Source: Chloroflexota bacterium (GTDB taxonomy: Bacteria > Chloroflexota > Dehalococcoidia > GIF9 > AB-539-J10). From it: DNA of 64,000 nt. Of this stretch, positions 28,630-38,400 are shown piece after piece; the stretch's first letter is position 1, and each line of letters opens with the position of its first letter. The DNA is taken from positions 1,213-65,212 of the forward strand of contig JAYENW010000022.1 in NCBI GenBank assembly GCA_034722275.1, written 5' to 3'. Made by a program: the position numbers and the translations under genes. The notes beneath the pieces were generated by a model, which saw nothing but the letters and a program-made list of their open reading frames with translations, was not told where the DNA came from and ran no database searches.

Positions 28630-28936
28630 CTTAGCTATTCCTTTTTTTAATTTGCTAATGGTACAATACTGCAGGAGAGATTATCAAGTAGGTGCGAGGG
28701 TTTGCTTAACTTTTTTTCGAGAATCTTCACAGCAGAGCTGGCAACTTTCTCTCAAAGTGAGAAGGCAAAGCTGGAATTACCCTTATCGGAGGCTCCAAGC
28801 ATTATATTTTGAATTTAGAGCATACGATGACATATAATCCAGCAATTAACCTGCTATGTTTCCAGAGCAGGGGGCTTGAATCATTAAGCAGTGCATAAAC
28901 GAAAATCGACAGTATTCAAAGTAAGGCGGGCAAGAG

Positions 28937-31048
28937 ATGGATAAAGTTAGTTTGACCATTGACGGTAGAGAAATTGGAATAGAGGCAGGTGCCACGATAT
29001 TGGACGCAGCCCGAGAGGCAGGTATTTATATTCCCACTCTCTGTTCCCACCCTGACCTGCCTTTATCCCTTGCTGCCTGTCGTCTCTGCGTGGTAGAGAC
29101 TGTGGGTGCAGCATCACGTTTCCCCAGTTCATGTGTTACCACGGTTGCTGATGGCATGGTTGTTCGCACTAATACGCCGCAAGTTAAAGAGCTGCGGCGC
29201 CACTTTCTCAAGGCTCTTCTCACTTCGCTGCCCAGTCCCAGACTTAAGCGTCCCCAATTAAAGAGACTTGCTGACTACATTGGAGTGAAAGAAGAAGACC
29301 TTCCTCCTTATGTTTCCAGAGACCTTCCTCTTGACCACGAGCAGCCCCTTTTTGAGTGGGATCACAACCGCTGTATTCTCTGTGGTCTGTGTGTCCGGGC
29401 ATGTAAAGAACTGCGCAAAGTAGGAGCTATTGACTTTTGCTTCCATAATGAAAGTTGGATGGTAGGTCCTTTTCCCTCACTGCTGCTCAAGGATAATGGG
29501 TGCAGATTTTGTGGTGCTTGTGTTGAGGTTTGTCCCACTGGTGCCATTATGGACAAGGATGGCGAGTGGCCTGGTTATGAAGCAGGTGTAGCTCCCTGCA
29601 CCCAGGCTTGCCCTGCTGAGATAGATGTTCCCCGCTATGTCTGGCTTATCAGTCAAAAAAGATTTGCTGAGGCGGCGGCAGTCATTCGGGAAAGGGTTCC
29701 CTTCCCAGGAATCTTGGGGAGGGTATGTCCTCATCCTTGTGAAGATAAGTGCCGGCGAGCTGCGTTAAATCAGCCTATCTCTATAGCAGCGCTGAAGCGC
29801 GCTGCTGCTGAGAGAGATGCTCGAAGATGGCGTGCCAGTTCAAAACTTACTGAACCAAGCGGCAAGCGAGTTGCTATTGTAGGCTCAGGGCCAGCAGGGC
29901 TCACTGCGGGCTATTATTTAGCCAAACTTGGCCATGCGGTGACTGTTTTTGAAAGCTTCCCAGAGCCAGGTGGCATGATGCGGGTAGGCATTCCTGAATA
30001 TCGTTTGCCTCGCGAGGTGCTTACCGAGGAGATTGAAGAGATTAGGAGAGTGGGAGTTGAGATATTGACTAACACCAAAGTCAACTCTGTGAGCGATCTC
30101 TTCAAGCAAGGCTATGATGCCGTCTTGCTTGCTGTCGGGACACATCGATCTTCTAAATTAGGTATTGAAGGTGAGGATAGCCCTGAGGTGAGGGAAGGCA
30201 TATCCTTCCTGAGAGATGTGAACTTGGGCGAGAAGATTAAATTATCAGGACGAGTGGGTGTTGTTGGAGGTGGCAATGCTGCCGTAGATTCAGCACGCAC
30301 GGCATTGAGAATGGGAGCTGATGAAGTGACTATTCTCTATCGGCGCTCAAGGTCGGAAATGCCGGCTGATGCTGAGCAGGTAGATGCGGCGATGATGGAG
30401 GAAGTTAAAATTGATTTCCTTGTTGCGCCAAGGAAGATAACGAGACAGGATGGTAAATTGAAGGTGGAGTGCATCCGCATGAAGTTAGGTGAAGTAGATG
30501 AAAGTGGCAGGAAGCGACCAGTGCCAGTAGCGGGTAGCGAATTTATCGTGGAGTGCAATACATTGCTCGTGGCCATTGGTGAAGCTCCAGATTTATCCTT
30601 CCTTGGGAAAGAGGACATGGTGCAAACTGGCAGGGGTGGAACAATAAAAGTGGATGAGGACAATTTGCGGGTGGATACCAAGGGCGTCTTTGCTGCTGGC
30701 GATGCAGTAAATGGGCCCGCCACGGTAATTGAAGCTATTGCCATGGGAAGGAAGGCAGCTGCTTCAATTGACAAATATCTTGGTGGTAGCGGTGATATCA
30801 GCGAGAGATTAATTGATGTAAAAGAACCCAGCCCCTATCTGGGACCAGGAGATGGTTTTGCTGATCTGGGGCGTGCCCCAATGCCCTGCTTGGCTGTGGA
30901 ACAGCGAATGGTACCAGCTCGAGATGGCAGTTTCCCTGAGGTAGAACTTGGCTTCACTGAGGAGATGGCGAGTGCGGAAGCAAAGCGATGCTTGCAATGT
31001 CAGTTAAGGTTTCAAATCTCATCAATTACACCTCCCCCTTCAAAATAA
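28937..31048 (+). CDS. fusion protein: NuoG/FdhA-type N-terminal 2Fe-2S ferredoxin, 4Fe-4S clusters, and a GltD-like NAD(P)H-dependent FAD oxidoreductase (NfnB/SfrB-like)
   Basis: N-terminus TIDGREIGIEAGATILDAAREAGIYIPTLCSHPDL...CRLCVVE is the 2Fe-2S motif of NuoG/HndD N-termini. CILCGLCVRAC and CRFCGACVEVCP are 4Fe-4S sites. CTQACPAEIDVPRYVWLI...GRVCPHPCEDKCRR is the GltD N-terminal Fe-S region. RVAIVGSGPAGLTAGYYL and GGGNAAVDSART are FAD and NAD(P) Rossmann motifs. Confidence 0.8.
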   Translation: MDKVSLTIDGREIGIEAGATILDAAREAGIYIPTLCSHPDLPLSLAACRLCVVETVGAASRFPSSCVTTVADGMVVRTNTPQVKELRRHFLKALLTSLPSPRLKRPQLKRLADYIGVKEEDLPPYVSRDLPLDHEQPLFEWDHNRCILCGLCVRACKELRKVGAIDFCFHNESWMVGPFPSLLLKDNGCRFCGACVEVCPTGAIMDKDGEWPGYEAGVAPCTQACPAEIDVPRYVWLISQKRFAEAAAVIRERVPFPGILGRVCPHPCEDKCRRAALNQPISIAALKRAAAERDARRWRASSKLTEPSGKRVAIVGSGPAGLTAGYYLAKLGHAVTVFESFPEPGGMMRVGIPEYRLPREVLTEEIEEIRRVGVEILTNTKVNSVSDLFKQGYDAVLLAVGTHRSSKLGIEGEDSPEVREGISFLRDVNLGEKIKLSGRVGVVGGGNAAVDSARTALRMGADEVTILYRRSRSEMPADAEQVDAAMMEEVKIDFLVAPRKITRQDGKLKVECIRMKLGEVDESGRKRPVPVAGSEFIVECNTLLVAIGEAPDLSFLGKEDMVQTGRGGTIKVDEDNLRVDTKGVFAAGDAVNGPATVIEAIAMGRKAAASIDKYLGGSGDISERLIDVKEPSPYLGPGDGFADLGRAPMPCLAVEQRMVPARDGSFPEVELGFTEEMASAEAKRCLQCQLRFQISSITPPPSK

Positions 31049-31059
31049 AGTATTAGGAA

Positions 31060-31302
31060 GTGATAATGGTAACCAGCGAAGTAATTATTGATGAAGAGCA
31101 GTGCCAGGGCTGTGGCTACTGTGTAAAATTTTGTCCCCGAGGTTGTATCTTAATCACCGGGGATAAATTTAGCCCGCAGGGATATTTGTTGCCGTCCTTT
31201 GTCAAACCTGATGAGTGTAATACCTGTGGGTTTTGTGCCATGCTCTGCCCTCGAGCTGCTATTGAGGTATATCTGAATTTCGGCAGTGAGGTACCGGCGT
31301 AA
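31060..31302 (+). CDS. 2-oxoacid:ferredoxin oxidoreductase delta subunit (2x[4Fe-4S] ferredoxin)
   Basis: 80 aa with CQGCGYCVKFCP and CNTCGFCAMLCP. It sits 11 nt after the fusion gene and 29 nt before the alpha subunit. Confidence 0.75.
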   Translation: MIMVTSEVIIDEEQCQGCGYCVKFCPRGCILITGDKFSPQGYLLPSFVKPDECNTCGFCAMLCPRAAIEVYLNFGSEVPA

Positions 31303-31331
31303 GCCAGCAGTTTTACTGAGGAGGCTATGAT

Positions 31332-32417
31332 ATGAGTGAGAGAATGTTCATTGAAGGGAATGTAGCCATCGCCTGGGGGGCAACTATGGCTGGTTGCCAG
31401 GCGTTTTTTGGTTATCCTATAACTCCTCAGAATGAAATAACAGAATGGTTTGCCCGTGAGTTTCCCAGGATGGGGAGGGTCTTTGTACAGACACAAAGTG
31501 AACTGGGCTCGATAAACATGCTTTATGGAGCTGCGGCTACCGGGGTTAGAGCCATGACATCAAGCTCAAGCCCGGGCTGGTCTCTCATGCAGGAAACCGT
31601 ATCAGATTTGATGAATGCAGAACTTCCCTGCGTAATTGTTGATGTTCAAAGGGGGGGGCCTGGAGGTGGGCCTATACGGCACGCTCAACAGGACTATTTT
31701 CAGTGCACGAGAGGTGGTGGCCATGGAGACTATAGAAATATTGTTCTCACTCCTGCTTCTTCACAGGAGTGCTGTGATTTAACCCAACTCGCTTTCCATC
31801 TGGCTGATAAATATCGCAACCCGGTGTTGGTTATGTCGGATGCTATTGTCGGGAGGTTGCGGGAAACGGTTGAAGTTGCAGCCATTGATTTTGGACCCGT
31901 GCCTGCTAAGGATTGGGCAGTAGCAGGTAAGGCGAGACATGGAGATGGTAAGCGCCGTGTTGTAGACCATTGTGGCGATTTATTCGCTCGCTATCCTAGC
32001 TATCAAGCTTTGTTGCAGAGCTTAGACAAAAGAATAAAACGGATGCAGGAAGCTGAGGTGCGCTATGAAGACTACCAGACTGAAGATGCCAAGACAATCC
32101 TCGTCGCTTATGGTTACACAGCCAGGGTAAGTAAGGAAGCGGTAAATACAGCTCGTGCTGAAGGCATCAAGGCAGGCTTAATTCGCTTGATAACTGCCTG
32201 GCCATTTCCTTACGAAGTGATTGGGCAGAAGGCTCGTCAGGGCAGTAAATTTTTAGTAGTGGAAGATTCCTTAGGACAACTGCTTGAAGATGTCAGAGTG
32301 GCTGTGCCCAGTTCTGCTGATGTTGGCCTGGTAAGCATACTTGACCGCCATATGCCTAGCGATGGAGGCATGATTCTTCCCGATAAAGTATTGGCTAAAA
32401 TTAAAGAAATGCAGTGA
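31332..32417 (+). CDS. 2-oxoacid:ferredoxin oxidoreductase alpha subunit (KorA/PorA-like)
   Basis: FFGYPITPQNEI...GSINMLYGAAATGVRAMTSSSSPGWSLMQE...PCVIVDVQRGGPGGG is near-canonical KorA/VorA. Confidence 0.85.
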   Translation: MSERMFIEGNVAIAWGATMAGCQAFFGYPITPQNEITEWFAREFPRMGRVFVQTQSELGSINMLYGAAATGVRAMTSSSSPGWSLMQETVSDLMNAELPCVIVDVQRGGPGGGPIRHAQQDYFQCTRGGGHGDYRNIVLTPASSQECCDLTQLAFHLADKYRNPVLVMSDAIVGRLRETVEVAAIDFGPVPAKDWAVAGKARHGDGKRRVVDHCGDLFARYPSYQALLQSLDKRIKRMQEAEVRYEDYQTEDAKTILVAYGYTARVSKEAVNTARAEGIKAGLIRLITAWPFPYEVIGQKARQGSKFLVVEDSLGQLLEDVRVAVPSSADVGLVSILDRHMPSDGGMILPDKVLAKIKEMQ

Positions 32418-32441
32418 ACATGAAAGAGGCTGGAGGGTATC

Positions 32442-33221
32442 ATGAGTGAAAAAACTGAAGTAGCAACAAGAGAGAGAGTTACGGGAAGGCCCAGGTTATT
32501 GATTAAGCAGAAAGCTGGTTTTGTCTATTGTCCTGGGTGCCACCATCCGCTTGTAGCTCGGGCTGTCGCTGAAGTTCTGGAGGAACTGAAAGTGGATGAT
32601 AAGGCTATAGGCGTCTTCGACATAGGTTGTAATTCCTTCCTGGTTGGTTTATTAGATATAGATGGTGTGCTTACCCCACATGGTCGCCCACCCGATATGG
32701 CCACGGCTGTCAAGCATATTTACCCTGATAATGTTGTCTTTACCATACAAGGTGATGGGGGGTTATTGTCTATCGGTGCTGATCCTTTGATGGGAGCACT
32801 GAGCCGTGCTGAAAAAATTACCCTTATAATGCTGAATAACGCCGTTTATGGAACTACTGGAGGGCAGATGGCGCCTACCAGTTTAGCAGGGCAGATAACC
32901 ACAACCACTCCTGAGGGGCGGGATGTGAGCAAAACTGGGTTTCCGATTCATGCTGCTGAAATGATAGCTACCTTTAAAGGTACTGCTTATTCGGCCCGTG
33001 GTGCTGTCAATAACCCCTATAATTATGAGCGTACCAGAGAGTATTTGAAGGCTGCTTTTCAAAAACAGATGAGCAATGTTGGTTTAAGCTTTGTTGAAGT
33101 TATTTGTGATTGCCCATCCAACTGGCATCTATCACCTGCGGATTCCTTGAAATGGATAGAGGAAAAGATGATACCCGAATTCCCTCTGGGGGAATTCAAG
33201 AATGTGGATAAAATTGAATAG
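32442..33221 (+). CDS. 2-oxoacid:ferredoxin oxidoreductase beta subunit (TPP-binding)
   Basis: YCPGCHHP (proximal Cys pair) and the TPP-binding GDGG...NN region (IQGDGGLLSIGADPLMGA...LNNAVYG). Confidence 0.85.
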   Translation: MSEKTEVATRERVTGRPRLLIKQKAGFVYCPGCHHPLVARAVAEVLEELKVDDKAIGVFDIGCNSFLVGLLDIDGVLTPHGRPPDMATAVKHIYPDNVVFTIQGDGGLLSIGADPLMGALSRAEKITLIMLNNAVYGTTGGQMAPTSLAGQITTTTPEGRDVSKTGFPIHAAEMIATFKGTAYSARGAVNNPYNYERTREYLKAAFQKQMSNVGLSFVEVICDCPSNWHLSPADSLKWIEEKMIPEFPLGEFKNVDKIE

Positions 33222-33241
33222 TATTTTCAAGGGGGGTCATC

Positions 33242-33808
33242 ATGGAGCAGAAAATAGCTACAAAAGGGGAAGTAATAATAACCGGGCTTGGTGGTGCTGG
33301 TGTGCTTACTGCAGGCACCCTGTTAGCTGAGGCAGTCACTGAGAAATATAAGAATGTAAGCTGGTTTCCTTCTTATGCTATATCTAAACGTGGTGGCTTC
33401 TGTGAATGCACTGTTGTCTTTTCTAATGATGAGATTGCGTCTCCTCTGCTATCCCGGGCTGAAGGGATAATCGTTGCTGAATCAGCCCAATTTAGGGATT
33501 TTGAGAAGAGGGTTCGTCCTGGTGGGACAATGGTGGTTGAGAAAGCTGGATTACAGGACAAAGCAGTGAGCGAAGATATCAAGGTAATTGAAATTCCAGC
33601 TATTGAAACAGCAATTACTATCAGCGGCTCCAGCCAGGGTGCTAACCTCATCTTGCTGGGAGCTTTTGTTGAGGCGACCAAAATGGTCTCTCCTGAGCTC
33701 ATTAAACAGCAGATTGGGAAAACATTCGCAGGTAAGGAAAAGGCGCTTAAAGGTAACATGGAGGCCTTTGAGGAAGGACGCAAGCTGTTTCACAGCTCCG
33801 AGCGGTAA
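33242..33808 (+). CDS. 2-oxoacid:ferredoxin oxidoreductase gamma subunit
   Basis: 188 aa. VIITGLGGAGVLTAGTLLAEA matches the POR/KOR gamma N-terminus. It is the last gene of the delta-alpha-beta-gamma operon. Confidence 0.8.
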   Translation: MEQKIATKGEVIITGLGGAGVLTAGTLLAEAVTEKYKNVSWFPSYAISKRGGFCECTVVFSNDEIASPLLSRAEGIIVAESAQFRDFEKRVRPGGTMVVEKAGLQDKAVSEDIKVIEIPAIETAITISGSSQGANLILLGAFVEATKMVSPELIKQQIGKTFAGKEKALKGNMEAFEEGRKLFHSSER

Positions 33809-33862
33809 TGCAGGTGAGGGTATCGATAAAGGTGTCACTGCCTCAGAAATCAGGTGAGATAA

Positions 33863-34948
33863 ATGGCTGAAATGATTGCGGTTCTCGGCGCTGGTAATGG
33901 AGGCTGTGCTATTGCTGCCCATCTGGCACTGCAGGGACACAAGGTCAACCTGTATGAAATTCCTGAACTGAAAGAAAGTTTTAGACCTCTCCAGGAAAAG
34001 AAAGAAATAGTTATCAGAGGCAAGGCTGAAGATGGAGTTGCCAGGCTAAATACAGCAACGACCGATATCAAGGAGGCTGTCAGTGGTGTTGAGACCATTA
34101 TTGTCACAATTCCCGCCTTCGGGTATCAGCATATTGCCCAATTGCTTGCTCCGGTGCTTGTTGATGGTCAACTGGTGGCTTTCATCCCCGGCGCTTTCGC
34201 CACGATTTATTGCCTGGAGGAGATGCATAAACGAGAGATTGAGACTGAAGTAACTTTTGCTGAATCGGTAACTCTTCCTTATGCTGCCAGATTGACATCA
34301 AGAAATGAGGTTAGTATCGCCGGCACTGCCATTTTACTTCCAGTTGGTGTATTTCCAGCTAGGAAAGCCGAGCCCGTGCTCAAGAAACTCAAGGAGTATT
34401 ACCCTGTGATTACAGGCAGCCGGGATATCCTTGATGTGGCCTTGAACAACCTTAATCCGGTGACACACCCAGCGCCAGTCATTCTGAGTACGAGTGTAAT
34501 TGAAAATAGCAATGATTTTTATCTATACCGTGATGGCATCACCGGTGGAGTGAAGAAAGTAATGCTGGCCATGGATAAAGAACGTATAGCAGTGAGGAAG
34601 GCTTGTGGCATTGATACGCCGCATTATGGATACCATCAATTGGAGCCTTTTGAGGTCTTTGAGGATTATTTTGGCAAGGGAAGCCTTATGGAAACAGGAT
34701 ATAAACTTAAAGGTCCTTCCAGCATAACAGACAGGTATGTTACTGATGATGTTCCTTATGGTCTTGTCTTATACTCTACAATCGGCAAGAAGGTGGGCGT
34801 TGAGACACCTGTTTGCGATGCCATTATCAATCTTGCTTCCGTAATTAACGGAGAAAGTTATTGGGAGAGCAGTGCCAATATCGAGAAGATGTTTATTTCT
34901 CACTGGAGCATAGACAAACTGACTCGGTTTCTCTTTGAAGGCGAATAA
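33863..34948 (+). CDS. opine dehydrogenase-family NAD(P)H-dependent oxidoreductase (octopine/nopaline/CENDH-like)
   Basis: Block-by-block similarity to the Arthrobacter carboxyethyl-norvaline dehydrogenase as remembered: AVLGAGNGGCAIAAHLALQGH vs AVLGLGNGGHAFAAYLALKG, NLNPVTHPAPVIL vs NVNAVMHPLPTLL, and RDGITGGV...ERIAV...GIDTPH vs LEGITPSV...ERIAI...DLNVPS. Confidence 0.75.
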   Translation: MAEMIAVLGAGNGGCAIAAHLALQGHKVNLYEIPELKESFRPLQEKKEIVIRGKAEDGVARLNTATTDIKEAVSGVETIIVTIPAFGYQHIAQLLAPVLVDGQLVAFIPGAFATIYCLEEMHKREIETEVTFAESVTLPYAARLTSRNEVSIAGTAILLPVGVFPARKAEPVLKKLKEYYPVITGSRDILDVALNNLNPVTHPAPVILSTSVIENSNDFYLYRDGITGGVKKVMLAMDKERIAVRKACGIDTPHYGYHQLEPFEVFEDYFGKGSLMETGYKLKGPSSITDRYVTDDVPYGLVLYSTIGKKVGVETPVCDAIINLASVINGESYWESSANIEKMFISHWSIDKLTRFLFEGE

Positions 34949-35008
34949 GATACTGAAAGAAGTAGGGAACCGTCTATTGATATGGGCTAGTTTTCATTTA
35001 ATTTCAAT

Positions 35009-36133
35009 TTGAAGGAGGTGTTTAATATTATGATTTCATCTAATTCTTCTAAAGGAATGGAGAAATTCATCATGCCTCATCTGGCTGCTATGGGTAGTTA
35101 TGCTCCGCCAAAGCCGGTAGAGACTATGGGGCCTGTGCGCCGCATGATTAAGATGAATGCCAACGAAAATCCCTATGGGTGTTCACCAAAGGTGCTGCAT
35201 GCCCTGGCCAACTGTGACTTTTTGAATCTCTACCCCGATGCCATGCAAACGGGACTTCGCCAGCAGTTCCAGGAGTACACTGGAATCGATGCTGAACATA
35301 TTGTGGCTACCTGTGGTGGCGCCGGAGTAGTCGATTTGATTTTGCGACTACTTGTTGGGCCCGGCGACGAAGTGATAAATTGTGAGCCCACCTTTGATTA
35401 TTTCCGTTTCCGAACGGAAATATGCGGTGGCACCTCGGTCCAGGTGCTTAGAGATGAAAAGTTCGCCGTTGATGTAAATGCAGTGAAAGCAGCCATAGGC
35501 GAGCGAACCAAGTTGATAATTGTAAACAATCCCAATAACCCCACGGGAAACATAACTCCCCAGAAAGACATACTGGAACTGGTGGACATGGGGCTGCCGA
35601 TATTGGTGGATGAAGCCTACTATGAATTTAGTGGTGAAACTGTGGCTCCTTTGGTCGGCCAGTATGAAAATTTGATGGTGCTGCGTACTCTGAGTAAATG
35701 GGCTGGGCTGGCTGGACTCAGAGTTGGCTATGGCATTTTCCCAACTGCAATCGCCAATTATCTGTTGAAAATAAAGCCTCCTTTCAATGTAAGCGCTGCT
35801 GCTCTGGTTGCTGTGCAACAGTCACTAGCCGACCGCGATCACCTGATGAATACAGTGAAGATTCTTATTGCTGAGAGAGAAAGACTTATTCGAGAATTAG
35901 GCAGGATGAATTTCTTAAAACCTTTTCCATCGCATGCTAATTATATTCTATGCGGGGTTCTGAAAGGCACTGCCAGTGAAATACGGCAAAGATTGGAAGA
36001 TAAGGGTATCCTTATTCGAACTTATTATACAGAGCTTTTGAGAAACTATATCCGCCCCAGCGTGGGTAAACCGGAGCATAATGATGCCTTAATCAAGGCG
36101 CTTAAGGAAATAGGAGAAGAAATAGAGGGTTGA
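35009..36133 (+). CDS. class II pyridoxal-phosphate aminotransferase (histidinol-phosphate/aromatic aminotransferase HisC family)
   Basis: KMNANENPYG substrate-entry motif, IIVNNPNNPTG, and the PLP-Lys block RTLSKWAGLAGLRVGY. Confidence 0.8.
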   Translation: MKEVFNIMISSNSSKGMEKFIMPHLAAMGSYAPPKPVETMGPVRRMIKMNANENPYGCSPKVLHALANCDFLNLYPDAMQTGLRQQFQEYTGIDAEHIVATCGGAGVVDLILRLLVGPGDEVINCEPTFDYFRFRTEICGGTSVQVLRDEKFAVDVNAVKAAIGERTKLIIVNNPNNPTGNITPQKDILELVDMGLPILVDEAYYEFSGETVAPLVGQYENLMVLRTLSKWAGLAGLRVGYGIFPTAIANYLLKIKPPFNVSAAALVAVQQSLADRDHLMNTVKILIAERERLIRELGRMNFLKPFPSHANYILCGVLKGTASEIRQRLEDKGILIRTYYTELLRNYIRPSVGKPEHNDALIKALKEIGEEIEG

Positions 36134-36322
36134 AGTCTTATCACTTCTTTGTTTGTAGTGCGGGTGGTATAATTGAAGATAAGTGAGAGTAGATGAGCTC
36201 GAGCTTGGGGAATGGTGATGAGTGAACGGTTGTTTAATGAGATGAAACACAAGAGGAAAGGAGGCAAAAATGTAATGGGTATTTGGCAACAAGGGGAGTT
36301 CGAGTTTTAAAGGAGGATTGAA

Positions 36323-37333
36323 GTGAGAAAGAAAGGATTGCGAGCAACAGTTATCAGTATCAGCTTAATACTGGCTTTGGCGGTAGCTCTGCCTTTAGCG
36401 GGTGGTTGTGCCCCAAAGCAAGAGGTATACAAAATTGGCATAACCCAGATAGTTACCCACCCGGCACTGGATGCTATACGTGGTGGTTTCATCAAGGGCA
36501 TGGCTGATGAAGGGTTCGTTGAGGGAGAAAATGTAGAATATGACTTCCTTAACCCTGAAGGCGATATGTCAACGGCGAAGACGATCGCCGACAAGTTTGT
36601 TTCAGAGCCGAAGGACTTGATTGTTCCTATAACCACACCTTGTACTCAGGCATGCTACGCTGCTGCTGAGGGCACTGATGTACCCATCGTCTTTGCTGCC
36701 GTTACTGACCCGGTATTGGCCGGCCTGGTTGAATCCTGGCAACATCCTTGCGCTGCCGGCGTTCATATAACCGGGGTGAGTGATTATGTGCCTGTCAAGC
36801 CACAGCTAGAGATAATTAAAGAGATATGCCCTGATGCCAAGGTGATAGGGTTAATCTATAACGCTGGTGACGAGAGTAATCTCAAGACAGTAAATGAGCT
36901 CAAGAGCTTGGCGCCAGAATTTGGACTTGAGGTAATTGAGGCTAATGTAGCTACAACTGCTGATACACATAGCGCAGCCATGTCATTGGTTGGTAGAGCT
37001 GACATTGCGTGGTCCCCTATGTGCAATACCACAGTAGCTGGTCTTGAAGGAGTTTTATCGGTCTGTGAAGAGCATGATATGCCGTACTTTCCCCCAGATC
37101 CTGACTCTGTTAAGAGAGGAGGAATTGCTTCTATTTATTACTCTAATGAAGAATTAGGTGAAATAGCTGCCAAGAAAGCAGCCAAGGTGCTGAGGGGTGA
37201 AGACCCATGTAACATACCCGTTACTACTTTCGAGACTGTAAGAATAACTTTGAACCCGGTGGCAGCAGAGAGAATGGGAGCGACCATCCCTCAATCCCTT
37301 CTGGATAAGGCTTATGAGGTAGTAGGGACATAA
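36323..37333 (+). CDS. ABC transporter substrate-binding lipoprotein (ABC_sub_bind/TrpX-type, COG2984-like)
   Basis: Signal peptide plus lipobox LAGGC. The YKIGITQIVTHPALD start is typical of the PF04392-type binding proteins associated with COG4120/COG1101 partners. Confidence 0.7.
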   Translation: MRKKGLRATVISISLILALAVALPLAGGCAPKQEVYKIGITQIVTHPALDAIRGGFIKGMADEGFVEGENVEYDFLNPEGDMSTAKTIADKFVSEPKDLIVPITTPCTQACYAAAEGTDVPIVFAAVTDPVLAGLVESWQHPCAAGVHITGVSDYVPVKPQLEIIKEICPDAKVIGLIYNAGDESNLKTVNELKSLAPEFGLEVIEANVATTADTHSAAMSLVGRADIAWSPMCNTTVAGLEGVLSVCEEHDMPYFPPDPDSVKRGGIASIYYSNEELGEIAAKKAAKVLRGEDPCNIPVTTFETVRITLNPVAAERMGATIPQSLLDKAYEVVGT

Positions 37334-37485
37334 GCCAGATAAAATTTATAGCTAATTAAGGCTTTACTGGAACTACGGTAATAAGGCTCAAGTCTTATCG
37401 AGCTCGGGTGGCTGTGCCAGTTGTTACAACAATTGGTATGGTGGTAGGCCGGCAGTTTTTGCTGTTCTAGTTTGGCAAAGGTGAT

Positions 37486-38400
37486 GTGTTATTGAGTGCC
37501 ATAAGCAGTATTGTTATTAGCTCTGTCTCGGATACACTGGTTTATGTCCTGGTTGCCATAGGTGTCTTTATAACGCTTCGTGTGCTTAATTTTCCCGATC
37601 TTACTGTAGATGGCAGCTTTGTTACCGGCGGTTCCATCGCCGCGCTTATGATTGCTGCCGGTTGTAACCCTTTCCTGGCTACTGTGGCTGCTATTGCGGG
37701 TGGTTTCATCTGTGGTTTGATAACCGGGTTACTGAATACCAAGCTGCGGATAACTGCTCTCCTTGCCGGCATTCTGATGATGGTTGGTCTATATTCGGTA
37801 AATCTGATGATTATGGGGAGGCCGAATATTCCACTTCTTCGGGACGTAACCATCTTTGTTAGTGTAGCTTCTTTCTTTGGAGTTGCCAAAAGCAGCATGC
37901 TGGTTATTGTCGTTCTCGCTGTGGTAAGTGTTATCTGTATCATGGCGCTGAACTGGTTTCTGCGTACTGAGATTGGCTTGGCCCTGAGAGCAAGTGGTGA
38001 TAATGAGCCAATGCTGAGGAACCTGGGGGTGGACACTGATAAGAATATATTGCTGGGCTGTGCTATCTCCAATGCTCTGGTTGCTCTTTCTGGCGCTCTG
38101 GTTGCTCAGCGGCAGGGATTTTGCGATGTCAATATGGGCATTGGCATGATTGTACTGGGCCTGGCATGTGTGATACTAGGTGAGGCGCTGCTTCGCCCCC
38201 GTGGCGTGACTTCAATGTTGCTGGCAGCGCTTATCGGTACATTCATCTATCGTTTATTTATAGTTGTTGCCCTCAGAGTTGGTTTGCCTCCGGGAGATTT
38301 GAAATTAATCACGGCAGTGCTGGTAATCTTAGCTCTGGGGATTCCCTATATTCAGAAGATAATACGCCATGAATGGATGCCACCTGCACCTCGAATGTAA
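37486..38400 (+). CDS. ABC transporter permease (COG4120-type, GTG start)
   Basis: 304 aa with about 8-9 transmembrane helices. It lies between the SBP and ATPase genes and overlaps the ATPase start. Confidence 0.7.
   Translation: MLLSAISSIVISSVSDTLVYVLVAIGVFITLRVLNFPDLTVDGSFVTGGSIAALMIAAGCNPFLATVAAIAGGFICGLITGLLNTKLRITALLAGILMMVGLYSVNLMIMGRPNIPLLRDVTIFVSVASFFGVAKSSMLVIVVLAVVSVICIMALNWFLRTEIGLALRASGDNEPMLRNLGVDTDKNILLGCAISNALVALSGALVAQRQGFCDVNMGIGMIVLGLACVILGEALLRPRGVTSMLLAALIGTFIYRLFIVVALRVGLPPGDLKLITAVLVILALGIPYIQKIIRHEWMPPAPRM

Noticed and set aside
28508-28837. 109-aa plus-strand ORF in the oadG-like/fusion intergenic region
   Set aside because: It overlaps the better-supported 44-aa micro-ORF in antisense. 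It has a low-complexity, Arg-rich composition and no RBS.
37486-37489. 1-nt discrepancy between my manual position count and the ORF-track start for the permease
   Set aside because: This is probably a counting slip of mine. The ORF-track coordinates were used. It is noted so that manually derived coordinates elsewhere are treated as accurate to about 1-2 nt.
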